A stretch of 62,393 nucleotides of DNA, filler included, from Chiloscyllium plagiosum (lineage: Eukaryota): the NCBI RefSeq assembly GCF_004010195.1. It is 4 parts of one record of this genome, joined end to end, with 100 filler letters (N's around TTAATTAATTAA, not from the genome) between each part and the next. Parts side by side here need not be neighbours in the genome. Positions count along the whole stretch, not along the records: positions 23,064 to 38,534 come from NC_057717.1; 3 more parts are not named here. The stretch is one strand, 5' to 3'. A program made the position numbers and the translations under genes. This document shows, piece by piece, positions 26,611-38,634 of this stretch. Position 1 is the first letter of the stretch. Each line of letters starts with the position of its first letter. Below the pieces are notes generated by a model. The model was not told where the DNA came from. It did no database searches and was given only the letters and a program-made list of their open reading frames with translations.

Positions 26611-27039
26611 TATTCCTGCTCTATTTTTGGGGAAAACACCCTAGATATTCACCTTTTCAACCCTCTCTGGAAATGTATCTTTCACGAATCGTTGTGGTGA
26701 TGGAAGTCTGAAAATAGCACAGAGAATTCTGCAGAAAGTGAACACGTCTGGTATCACCTGCAGAGACAGAAACAGAGATCAAGTTTCACGTCCATTTCTT
26801 CGTAATACAAACTTCGTCCAGTGAGTCTGATGTCCTCTAATATCATGTTTGCAACGACATGAGATTAGTTTGCTTCCCAACGCAAAAGTTTGAATTGCTA
26901 AATTGCAGCAGTTATTTCCGAGATGCAGAGACGGATCTTATTTTACCAATATTTTCCAATAAACTTCCTTTCTGTTTGTTCTAATTAGTTTAGGGGAAAG
27001 GGTGATACTGTCACAAATGGCCGATTCACAGGCATCTTC

Positions 27040-28389
27040 AACGTCTCCCTCATGCAAGCCTAAATCTTCACCAGGTTCAAGAAGAACACCATCAACACCA
27101 TACTTAAGAAGATACATGGATCATGAATAATGCCCAGTGGCGCTGACCTTCATAATCATTACGTGCTTCGAGAGTCTGGTCATAACCCATACAACTCCAG
27201 TCTCCCAGCCTGCGTCGACACTCTGCAATTTGCCTGCCGATGGAATATGTCCAAAGTGGATAGCGTTTTCTGAGCCCTGCACTCATCTATAGAAGATTTA
27301 GACAACAAGGACACCTCGTCGGACTCCTGCTCATCGACCATCTCTCCAAATTCAACGCCGTTATCCCCTCCAGGCCGATCTCGAAACTCTCAGACTCTGG
27401 TCTTAGGTCTGCCCTCTCCATCTGGATCCTCAGCTTTCTGACCCACAGATGACAATCAGAGATCTACATTGGCACTAAAAACTGGCGCTCCCCAGTGATG
27501 CGTCCTCAGCCCCCTACTGCATGCCCTGTTCACCCACAATTGTGTAGCCAAATTCTAAACGAATGCTAGCTACAAGTTGGGTAAAGATAAAATCATGATA
27601 CAATGGATATCTGACATCAGAATGCAAGAAGGAGACGGAGAGCTTCATATGGTGGTGCAATGAGCACAAAGTCTCACTTTCAACGTCGGTAAAGCGAAAC
27701 AACTGATCATTCCCTTCAGGAAAAGGAAAGCACAGCCGGATTTACATGAAGGAAGCTTGGGTTGAGAGGATGGAATGCGGCAAGATCTTCAGCGTTAGGA
27801 TCACCGACAATCTGTCCTGGACTTGGCACGCAGACGTGATGGCCAAGAAGGCACAACAACGTCTCTTCTTCCTCAGGCATCTCAGGAAATCTGGCATGCC
27901 CATGAGGAACCTCACCAACTTCAACATATGCACCACGGAATGCTGAGTGTCCCGGTGCATAACGGACTGGTATGGCAACTGCTCGACCAAAGACAAAAAG
28001 AAACTACAGAAGAAAGTGTGCACAGCTGAGACCATCACGGAGGCCAAAGTTTGATCCACAAACCCTATTTAGATTCACTGCCAGCATCATTAAAGTTCAA
28101 TCCCACTCAGTTGATGATCTCCGACAACCTCTTCCACACACGCTTGCACACACGCATCAGCACGGTCAGGAATAGCTTCTTCCCGCTCACTGTTGGACTG
28201 ATGAATGGGTTCTCGAACTTCAAATAAAGCTGATCTTGCTCATGCCGATCTTGCCCAGTGCACACGCTGTGCAAGGCAATCGTTGTGTACGTTTGTATTC
28301 ACTCTATGATCTGTACGTTCTTGTATGCTATGAACTGCCTGTTCTGCTGGCAACAAAGAGCTTTTCACCGCAATTAGGTGACATTGATA
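27040..28389 (+). mobile_element. Rex1/Babar-like LINE RT and C-terminal region (degraded)
   Basis: PVALT...CFESLV, LQFA, WILSFLTHR, and ITDNLSWTWHADVMAKKAQQRLFFLRHLRKSGM, with frameshifts and stops; 3' tail ttttcacc...gtgaca. Confidence 0.8.
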
Positions 28390-28889
28390 NNNNNNNNNNN
28401 NNNNNNNNNNNNNNNNNNNNNNNNNNNNNNNNNNNNNNNNNNNNNNNNNNNNNNNNNNNNNNNNNNNNNNNNNNNNNNNNNNNNNNNNNNNNNNNNNNNN
28501 NNNNNNNNNNNNNNNNNNNNNNNNNNNNNNNNNNNNNNNNNNNNNNNNNNNNNNNNNNNNNNNNNNNNNNNNNNNNNNNNNNNNNNNNNNNNNNNNNNNN
28601 NNNNNNNNNNNNNNNNNNNNNNNNNNNNNNNNNNNNNNNNNNNNNNNNNNNNNNNNNNNNNNNNNNNNNNNNNNNNNNNNNNNNNNNNNNNNNNNNNNNN
28701 NNNNNNNNNNNNNNNNNNNNNNNNNNNNNNNNNNNNNNNNNNNNNNNNNNNNNNNNNNNNNNNNNNNNNNNNNNNNNNNNNNNNNNNNNNNNNNNNNNNN
28801 NNNNNNNNNNNNNNNNNNNNNNNNNNNNNNNNNNNNNNNNNNNNNNNNNNNNNNNNNNNNNNNNNNNNNNNNNNNNNNNNNNNNNNNNN
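28390..28889. other. Assembly gap (500 N)
   Basis: Run of N. Confidence 1.
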
Positions 28890-29449
28890 TGCAGCAACAG
28901 GTGCAGTTGTGCTCTACAGTCAAAAGGTACGATCAAGCCAGAGTTGGGAAGTTCCCCTTGGAAGCCGAAATTACAAAATACGTGAAACTGACAGGATTCA
29001 AAATGGGAATTCATAGAATTGTTCGAGGGCACCAAGAGATCATCCAGGCTGTTTTTATTTTGCACGTCTCACCACAAAAGCAATTTAGCTGAACAACTTC
29101 TTAAAATTTTTGAAAACTTCACCTTTTGAAAAGTCTTTTTCGTGCTTTTGCAAGCCCCATTTGAATGTGCCTCCAGAATGCCACAATATAGTAAATTTCT
29201 GATATTACAAATGTATTTGTAAGAACATATATTTTCCTTTTGCATTGCAATATTGTGAAAAAAAAGAAACAGCATCATGTCGTGTTGTCTGTTTTTGATA
29301 AGTTCCACAGATAGTGATTGTTTCTCCCTGTTTTGTTCAGATCATGTCACTCAGTGAATTGAGAAAGTTCAAAATCTCCACTCAAACTTCATCAGGTCAA
29401 AGTGAAGAAATGCATTCACCTTTATCTTTCTTTTTGTATGAGTTGAAGT

Positions 29450-30130
29450 GAAAGAGATGTACAGCACGGAAAATAAAGTGTTTTGGCCCATCATATCGTT
29501 CTTATTAAAGACAAACACGAAAATATTTCAATCACGTCATCAAACAACTTTCCCATAACTGTGGCATCGCAAATGCTCTTTCAAATGCTTCCTAAGTGTT
29601 AAGAGGGATTTTCTTTCGACGAGCATTACAGAAAGCGAATTTCTGATTCTCACTTCACTCTGCGTAAATAAGTCTTGTTTACATCTCATCTGAAGCACAT
29701 ACCCTTCCTTTACCTTAATCAATAAACTCTTGTAAGGTATCCCTCCATAAAGGGTAAAGCTTGTTCATGTCTATGATTGTATGGCCCTCATAATTTTGGT
29801 TCATCTCCACTGTTTGTTCACTCAATCTGTTATTCTATAATGAAATAAGAAGTAGTCTTCCCAATGTTCTTTCATATCTCAGACTTCCAAGTCCAAAATT
29901 TATCCTCATCAATTTCCTCATCACTCACTCCACTGCTGTCTTATCCATCTTATAATGTACATTCCCTACTTTCACAGAATATTCTAGTTGTCGTTTCACC
30001 ATTTCGTTGTACAAATCCAGAGTAATCTCCCTGTTCTAAAATTCCATGCCTTGGCCAATAAATGCAGGTGTACAATAAACTTGTTATCGACTTGATCGAA
30101 CTGTGTTTCTACCTTGAAGGCTACTGGATC
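29450..30130 (-). mobile_element. Old CR1 LINE 3' fragment
   Basis: Minus-strand reading DLFTQSEVRIRNSL...LRKHLKEHL matches the CR1 ORF2 C-terminus pattern (FFTQRVV.WN.LP...FK.HLD). Confidence 0.6.
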
Positions 30131-30469
30131 CGACTGTTAGTCATGTATTTGCTTGCCTTACTTGTCCTGCTGAAATGCATCCCTCAGTTTGATCCGAATT
30201 GAATTTAATTTGGCGTTAATCGAAAAACTGATAAAATTTCCTCCTCACTTCTTTTCAAACTGCCCAATTATTTCTCAAATTAACGGACCAAGCCGAGGCT
30301 TCTCTTTTCATTTTTCACCCTGTCCTTTACACAATTTGAAAGAAGGTCTACCCAGGTTAAAAAAAGAAACACTTTTGGAGAGCTTCATTTGTTTCAGTTT
30401 TGTTCATGTTAACTATAACGATTTAACTGAGCCCAACTCAAGAATCAGTGATATGAACATATGCTGCTC

Positions 30470-30750
30470 ATAGAATCACAACACTGTGGAAAGAAGCAAT
30501 TCAGACCATTCCGTCTACTTAGATGTTCTGAAAATCATTGCACTGGAACCTCACCCTCTACAAATAACTCGCTTTTTTTTCATCAGGATCAATCCATCAA
30601 AGTTGCACAACTGTGAAATTTGGGAAGAAAACGACATGGACGCTGTGAAAAGATGCCAATTCCAAAGAGATGGTCATCCAAGGTTGGAATCAAGCCCGGA
30701 TTCCTGACCCTGCGCGGCAACAATTCTAAACACTGAGCGATGTGCCGCCC
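30470..30750 (-). mobile_element. Degraded HE1-like SINE
   Basis: Ends in gtgccgccc (the head), with remnants of the B box (ggaatcaagcccgga) and the tail; same architecture as 8160-8481. Confidence 0.6.
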
Positions 30751-31394
30751 GATCTTTCACCAACATCCTAAAAGGTGGTCGAAAACAACACTGTGGAGGT
30801 GGGACCTGGGTTTTCTGCCACAGGAGCTGGCTGTGTCACAAAACATTGTGGTCGATGTGTTTAATTCAAAGAGTGTTATTCACAAACTAATTCAAAAGTA
30901 ATGTTCGTATGAGAGCAGCTCGACCAGGAAGGGTTATGAGTCAATTTGTAAAGCTGTACTTTTCGAGCTGCCTTTGCGATTATTAAAAAAAAAAGCATAA
31001 GCTAATTTCAGGATGTTTTGTGTATAATGATAGGAAAAGTGGCCAGGATAAAAAAGATAGAATATTTAACAATCAATTTCAAAAATGAAACACAATGCAC
31101 CTCAACAATGATGAAGAAATAGAGAATAATCTATTTTGATGGTTGTACACCAGAACTGAGATGCAGTCGAATCGTGTTTGATGAATCCACTGAGGAGACA
31201 AAGAAATGCACAAGTCAGTCAGAGTCAGTCTTGACTCTGGTTGCGGACAATGCGGTTGCAAAATTGATCCCGACAAGGAAAAAAGTCTTAGTATATCAAT
31301 GAGGACATAAATTTGCTCTTCCCAATATATAAGAAGCTAACAATAGGATGTTGAGCATGACTGACAGATTTAATAATTAGTTATAGAGCCTTAC

Positions 31395-31530
31395 CAGGGA
31401 TGCCAAAAATAGCGAGCAGCGGATAATAAAACATTTCAATAAGCCGAAATACCCAAAATATGCGTTCAGTCATTGACATCCATTCATATGCGACCAAGTT
31501 GGAGATAGCCTCAGATAAACTCCTCTCCAT
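31395..31530 (-). CDS. First coding exon of a GPR139/GPR142-like GPCR (N-terminus plus first half of TM1)
   Basis: 136 nt = 45 codons + 1: MERSLSEAISNLVAYEWMSMTERIFWVFRLIEMFYYPLLAIFGIP-G|GTAAGG. The YYPLLAIFGIP TM1 signature is typical of GPR139-like receptors. Strong Kozak (ACGATGG) and a canonical phase-1 donor. Confidence 0.82.
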
Positions 31531-31700
31531 CGTTGTAGCATTCCAAACTGCTCTCTGAAGTTTCGATTCAATCGTTGCAAAGCTCCAATTATTGTTCAAA
31601 TATTGCTAATCAGCACCACCTTGTCGCTTCAAAGCTGAAGATCATTACTGTGAAGGTGATGCTGCCATTGGCGCCATGAGATAGTGTATTGACCGCGACC

Positions 31701-31786
31701 TTTATTAATATACGAGCGGCAGGCCCACTGAAACCATTTTGATCCAGTGAGATTTACATAAACTACAGTCACTGAACAAAACCAAT
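31701..31786 (-). promoter_or_regulatory. Candidate Pol II promoter of the GPCR first exon (TATA-like, octamer-like, CCAAT)
   Basis: TATATTAATAAA on minus at 31701-31712, ATGTAAAT on minus at 31752-31759, and CCAAT at 31782-31786; all 170-255 nt upstream of the ATG. Confidence 0.45.
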
Positions 31787-32469
31787 CTGTTAACCCCTTT
31801 CACTATGTCTAATTTACCCATCTTAAAGTGGAACTTGTGAATAGTCCGGACAGGCTGTGATGATTCATTGGGTCAATCATTACGAATGTTAGAAGAGATA
31901 TTATCTATGAAAATTATAAAATTTGAAATACTTAATGAATCTGTGAGTCAATCAGTCAACCTAGTTGGACAATCGCTTTAATTGGCTCATTCAAAGCAAC
32001 GTCAGTCATTTTACTTGGCACATCTTCAATTCTTTCGTGAAGCATGGGCATCATTGGCTGGCCAGAATTAATTGCCAGATGATAGTGATCCTTGAGATTG
32101 TGGTATTGAGTTACTTTGTTTAATATCTGCGACGGCATGATTTAAATTGACTACAATGCCATTAGGAACGGACACCCAGGATTTTAACCCAGCAGTAGTG
32201 AAGAAATGGTGATATTTCAAATTGAAAATGCCGAATTACAATTAGAACATGCAGAGCTAAAACGGAAACTTGAAGCCCAAACGGCTTCCCCTCATGAGAA
32301 GACAGTTGTGCAGGCAGAGAGCACAGAATGAAACGAAAAGATAAAATCCCGACGCTGGACAAATAGGCGAAGGCAGTTTAATTCTCAAGGTGTCCAATTT
32401 GATAGACAGAGAGAGTAGGAGAATCTTTCTTAAGAAAAAGCACCTGGGTCAATGTCTTTTTGATGTAGT

Positions 32470-32720
32470 TGTGACAATGCTATGGCTTTAAGACGTCATT
32501 GTGCCTTTTTCAAAGGTGACATCGTAAAGCATAAGTCCTGCGCAATGTTGCAAAACCAATAAAGTCAATAGCTTGCGAGGTTTTGTTTCTCTCTTTAAGT
32601 TTGAGGAATTGGAACAGCCTGGATGGGTGTGGCCAGCTGTCACCAAACAGTATTTCAGATTTTTTTTTTTACTTTTTAGTTATAACAGAACACAGTTGGG
32701 ATTGACTTCAAGAAGGATAC
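32470..32720 (+). mobile_element. Possible LTR fragment
   Basis: Begins TGTGACAATGCTATGGCTTTAAG, with TG as in LTR starts; resembles LTRs I associate with shark genomes. No matching 3' end seen. Confidence 0.3.
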
Positions 32721-33398
32721 ACAAAGAGTATGGCAACTCCATATTCCAATCAATAAACGGGAATGGGATTGTCAAACGCTGTGCAGCGTGCTTATCAAGC
32801 GGTTCAGAATATTGGGTACAGAACGAAAGGAATGCTTATGGCAGCTACAGAGGGCTAACTAATCAAACTAGAAACAACAAAGTGACCCAGTTGATTCTTA
32901 GTCATAGACATCTAATCAGGAAAATCTATCACCCTACCACAACTATCCTCTATATTCAATGGATTTTTATCCAGCTTTCAATCTCACTGTGTAGCCCACG
33001 TGTTCCAGTCTTCTGGATTGGCCAGTATAATAGATATTCTCTCATACTTTACTCACATCTATGCGGACAAAATACACTGCCAAACTGTCGCTAATCATCT
33101 TCGTCACTTTCCAGAAAATTCAAACAACTTTGCATCCATTTGCATTCCGCAGGGATCAGCTGTGGGACCTTGGCTTGTTGATGTTATTCTGAAGTGGAGG
33201 TCGATACACGTCTGATAGTTCAAACCAATCAACATGGAGTGGAGCACCTTATCTCGGAATGTTATAAAAATGTGGGACAAGTGGTATGAACTTCCTCCCA
33301 TTACAAAAATCTTTCAAAAAAAGGATGGTTTCTGTTCTAAACGCCTCTGTCCGTCGAATTTCTGTCTTAAATGCCTTCTCAGTCGTTTATTGGTTTAA

Positions 33399-33826
33399 TG
33401 ACTATTTGCTAAATTTGCTATGTACATGTATAAATAGACAGGACCTTGTTTAGAGAGGATGCACATTTCTTGTGAGTGTCTGGTATTTTGATGCCGGATT
33501 TGCTGTCTCTTCAGATGGCTCTTGGCTAGCTGCCTCTTTCCAATTGCTCCTGTACTCCATTCCCCCATGACACATCAGATTTTTATAATAAGGTTGGTGT
33601 CAGGTTGTCGACTGACTATTTGCTAAATTTGCTATGTACATGTATAAATAGACAGGACCTTGTTTAGAGAGGATGCACATTTCTTGTGAGTGTCTGGTAT
33701 TTTGATGCCGGATTTGCTGTCTCTTCAGATGGCTCTTGGCTAGCTGCCTCTTTCCAATTGCTCCTGTACTCCATTCCCCCATGACACATCAGATTTTTAT
33801 AATAAGGTTGGTGTCAGGTTGTCGAC
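33399..33826. repeat. 214-bp perfect tandem duplication
   Basis: tgactatttgctaaatttgc...caggttgtcgac at 33399 and 33613. Confidence 0.92.
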
Positions 33827-33879
33827 ACCATCAGATTCAAATTTATTTGGCCCTTGATCTCCAAATATCTTTTGAAACT

Positions 33880-34194
33880 AATTGGCGAAATTTAAACTGT
33901 TGTCTGCATGAACAAATGCTGCTTGTGCTTGCTTACTAAGTAACTTTTAACGCAACCTGTCAAGACAAGCACCTGCAGTTGTGCCCACAGACCTTCATTT
34001 CTAAATTCCGAAACATGAAATACACGTTAGCTGAAAAATTGGCGAAATTTAAACTGTTGTCTGCATGAACAAATGCTGCTTGTGCTTGCTTACTAAGTAA
34101 CTTTTAACGCAACCTGTCAAGACAAGCACCTGCAGTTGCTGCCCACAGACCTTCATTTCTAAATCCCGAAACATGAAATACACGTTAGCTGAAA
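33880..34194. repeat. 157-bp near-perfect tandem duplication
   Basis: attggcgaaatttaaactg...cacgttagctgaaa at 33881 and 34038. Confidence 0.9.
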
Positions 34195-36632
34195 GGGACG
34201 TCGTTGTCCCCAATTTTAAAATTTATTTTTTCCCCCACTAATGGTAAGCGATAAGCATGATATTGGAATAAAGTCTGGAAGTCTATCAGCATGTTCACAG
34301 ACGATGGAAAAGATAATGGGCAAGCAGAGAGTGAGTCGGATATATTAAAGCCCCAACAGGACGTAGCTGGGCTGATCAGATTGGCGAAACAAAACAAAAG
34401 ATAATTTGCAAGAGGCAAAATCAAATACCTGGAATCAAAACGTTGGGGTAGCTATCTCTTTGCACATTCTGCCCTTCCTTCTGTGTTACCCTCGCAACTT
34501 CTGCTTTTTGTCCGTTGGATAGATTACTGGAAAATCGAGTTCCATTTAGTTAAAATTCAGTTGCTGCACTTAGCAAGGACAAACAATCCAAGAGAAAAGA
34601 TGATGATTGTCGGAATCTGGAAGCCCGAGGATCAAGGAACTCTTGCTGCTGAGTATATACAACTTGTACAAGAAGAAGCATGGAGGGGCTGAATAAGCAT
34701 TCGGTGTTTTGTCTGTAGGCCGATAATCAGCAATGTAAATAGAAAGGGAAAATATTGCATTAAAATCGATAAATGAGCGATAAAAGTACAACAAATTTAA
34801 TTTTGCATTAATAGCTCCATTTACCACGAAGTTTCATCGCAACGGGTTGATAACGGATAAGGGAACATCGTGATTATTTCTTGTCAATGCATTGATACCC
34901 TAGTTTTGCTTTATGTTTTCTGCAGTATTTTGTAACACCAATTGCATCACAAATCGACAGTGCAAAGGGCAGGGATTATATTCAATGTCTTGGTCAACAG
35001 TTTCTGTCAGAAAGAGTAGTTAATTTGCACGACTCCTGGTGGATCTTGCTGAATAGACAGAACTATGTCACAGGACGTTCCGGAACAAAAAGAAGGAAAA
35101 TTCGAATTGACATCAAGCCCAGTAACCTCCCTGTCACATCTGCGCATGAAACGGATGGTTGGAACGCCAACCACATTGTCTGGAGAAACAAGTGTTCAGC
35201 CTTTACACTGAGGATGTACTGATTCATATGGTGTAGTATTAGCACTGATATAATTGGATAGTTTTCGAACACATCCACCAACAGAAATCTGAATTCAACT
35301 GAAGGCGCTGTCCCATGATCCGCAGCATCATTCTCATCAATCGCAGTACATAGTATCTTCGCACATCACGCATTCGACCTTCAGAATCAAGACATAAAAA
35401 AATACCCAGCACAAGGCGTACCAGTGATCATACAAATAATGAAGTGTCAACATGAATAAAACAAGTGTAAAACATGAGTGCAAATATAAGACTGTGATGG
35501 AAAAGGGTAAGCTATCCCTCAGACTGTTGATCAGATCTTCTCACATTCGGCTACAGACATTCGTACCGGATTCAGAAACTAACAGAGGTGATGTCTCCAC
35601 AGATATTCCCATCGATTTGAAGAAGGGTCAAGACATCATTGCAAAAGACAAGGTTTGAGCATTTACAGTTGACTTTAACTGGAAGTGTTCGGTGAATGAT
35701 CCACATTGACGTCTTCCTGAGGCTTCTGGTATTACAGAAACAAAGGATACGTTTATGGACATTTAAAATATTCAAAACTAATACTGACATTATCGGCTCC
35801 AAAATAATATAACACCACTTTCAATTAACTGCAGTTCTAAGAAAGCCAAATAAACAAATCTGATAATTGGTGTGCTGCATACGTAGTATGTCGATGTCAG
35901 GAAGGCGTTTGATAATTTAGCAAACACAATCTTAATCCACGTGGGCGGACTTAGGGAGTAGTATATTTGCTTGGTTAGAGCGTTAGCTCAGCAAAAGAAG
36001 GAAGGGTCTGGATAATTTGACTGTAAATAGTGCAGTGCAAATGAGTTTTGCAAAGCATCTTGTTCTTCGACAGACCAATAGTTATGTTCTAATCAGACGC
36101 TGCGTATTACAGAATCAAGCAGTAAAAATAAAGGTTTCAAAGGGAAAGACATACATGTACAAACGATTGACAACAATTTAAAAATGTTGGAATGTATAGG
36201 TAAACGGATATGGATAGGTTTGATGAAAAAGCGAAAATTTTGCATCATGAACCTTTGCATTCGAAAGTTTGAGGTTATCAATACTGTCAGAATAACAAAA
36301 GATATTCAACAATTTGTTGTCTGAGTGGAGATATGCTTCGAATCTTTCAGTGCAGCTCAATATCATTTGGCTCGAGTATGGACTTCATTAAGATTGATTC
36401 CCGTTAAAGCAAATCCTAATGCGGTCAAATTGAATTTTCGCTTTTTCTCCCAAAAATAATGAAAGATAAGTTTTTCGAACTTGAAGGAATTGGAAAACTG
36501 TCTGTTTCTATGCAAGTATGATTTAGCCATCATCCAGGCTTGACTTGACAGCTGGGCTGTAACACACACATTGCACAAGTATTAAGAGGAATGACGAATA
36601 TCTCCCCATTGAATTCATTGAAACATAGCAAC

Positions 36633-36726
36633 ATCCTACTCCTCGGATGCTGCCTGATCTGCTATTTGTTTTGCAGCATCACACTCTCAAGTCTAATCTC
36701 CAGCATCTGCAGTCGTCACTTTTCCT
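36633..36726 (+). mobile_element. Penelope-like pLTR fragment
   Basis: ctcctcggatgctgcctga...tctccagcatctgcagtc, same family as 60803-60900 (-) and 39000-39085 (+). Confidence 0.65.
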
Positions 36727-38534
36727 AGTGGCTTTGAATGCTCTCTTTGAATCACTTTGCATGGCTTCATTCTTTAAAACAGTTTGGAGTTAAACAACAC
36801 AAGTAAAAACAATCTACCATCCTGAGATGAGAGCAACAATACAGTATTCCAAGAACTGAACGACATCCTGCAGAGAAGGAATGGGATCAGGTGTCACAAT
36901 TGAAACAGCTTTGATGGTGCACATTGAGTCCTTGACAGAGACCCAAGTTCACGAATACCACAGAGGCTGTGTCTTCCACTATTTGATGCTCTTGCGAAGG
37001 AGTGTTCTCTCATCTGTACTTCGCTGAAGACAGGGTATGCGAAAATATCTGATACACGTAAATGGTTACTAAAAGTCATTGCGGACCACGACGATTCCTG
37101 AGGTCGGCTTGCGTGATTAGAGCAGTGCCATTTTAAAACCATGTGCAAAAACCTATCTGGCAATACAGGTTGCAAAGCCTTTCAAAACCTACATGTTAAC
37201 TTTGGCATAAATTAACATGCAAAAGATAAATCAAGAACACTTTCGTCATTTACATAAGCCATTAGTTAGGGTCAATGTAGATTGTCATGTTTAGTTTGAA
37301 TAACCACACATTGACAAAAACACTGACGGTGTTCACAAGTCAAGAACAGTTTTTTTTGCAACAGTGTCAGAAACCTGCGACCTCAGTTTTTATGATGTAC
37401 TAGAATTGATACAGCCAATTACAGTTTTATCTAAAAATGTGTGAGCTTTATCATTTCTAACCTCCTTATTTTATGCTGCTGTGTTTGCTGTTTTCCATTA
37501 CTCGGACTATTGTCTGTTGTCGACAGAGGATTCGGAAATTAATTATGAACACATGCAAACACCTGCTTCCTATGTCTGAAGACTTCTCCGATTGTTATCA
37601 CCACCATTTCCTTTCAATTTCACATTCTTCAGATATATTATAATTGTTACCAAAATGGTTCCTCTATTGACATACAAATGCACTCTACTCAAATAAACCA
37701 TGATAGAGCATTCAATTTTAACCCTTGTTTCGCCATTTCAGCACCGTTTTCCTTTCACAGGGCAAACTTTACATTCTTGTTGTTAATATTAGTATATTTC
37801 AAATTTAGTATATTAAACAAAGTTTTGCTTTATTGTAAAATTAATTCATTTGGCCGTTATTGGTTTTCTGAAGTTATATTTTCAGCGTCTGCTACAAAGA
37901 ACCAGTCGAGAGGTTTCGAGATCCAAGGTCTTAAAATGTTTTTCTGAAGGAGCCGTGCAATCCTGTAAAAGCAGGTAAATATCCCATACTGTAATAAACC
38001 TATGATTTTTCTCAATTCCCACAGGAGTAGTGGTCTTTCTCAAGTTCAGACGTACAATTTCAGTGATAATATGACTCAATACCCAATGATGACATCCATC
38101 TCCATGTGAAGTGAACCCATTTTTTGTTATTTAAGGAGAAGAACCATCTTATGACATTCCATTTCGACTCATCATCTGTTCACGTGTTTACCAGAAGATC
38201 CAGAAGTTTTTATTGCGGAAATCCGAGAGGCTGACAAGCAGAACTATCTGGGAACCCGAGCTTATTTGACATTTTTCTTTTGTTTTTCAGTCTCGACACC
38301 ATTGTAGTTTGCACAGACAAACATATTTTAACATCCAGATTTGACCACTCATTAGTACTCGGTTCACCTTAACCTCTGGAATCTTTCAACGTAAAAGGTG
38401 CTTAAAACTAGACTTCACAGAAAACATCGAAAAAAAAAACCTCAAACAACTGTCCCATTCCAGATACAAGTCCAAAACTGATCCGTTGCCATTTTGAAGC
38501 CCAATTACTTATCACAGAGCAGAGTAAGATGCGT

Positions 38535-38634
38535 NNNNNNNNNNNNNNNNNNNNNNNNNNNNNNNNNNNNNNNNNNNNTTAATTAATTAANNNNNNNNNN
38601 NNNNNNNNNNNNNNNNNNNNNNNNNNNNNNNNNN
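38535..38634. other. Artificial scaffolding linker
   Basis: N44-TTAATTAATTAA-N44. Confidence 0.97.

Noticed and set aside
32573..33094. 173-aa ORF
   Set aside because: TTG start, crosses an LTR-like fragment and unrelated sequence, no recognisable domain.
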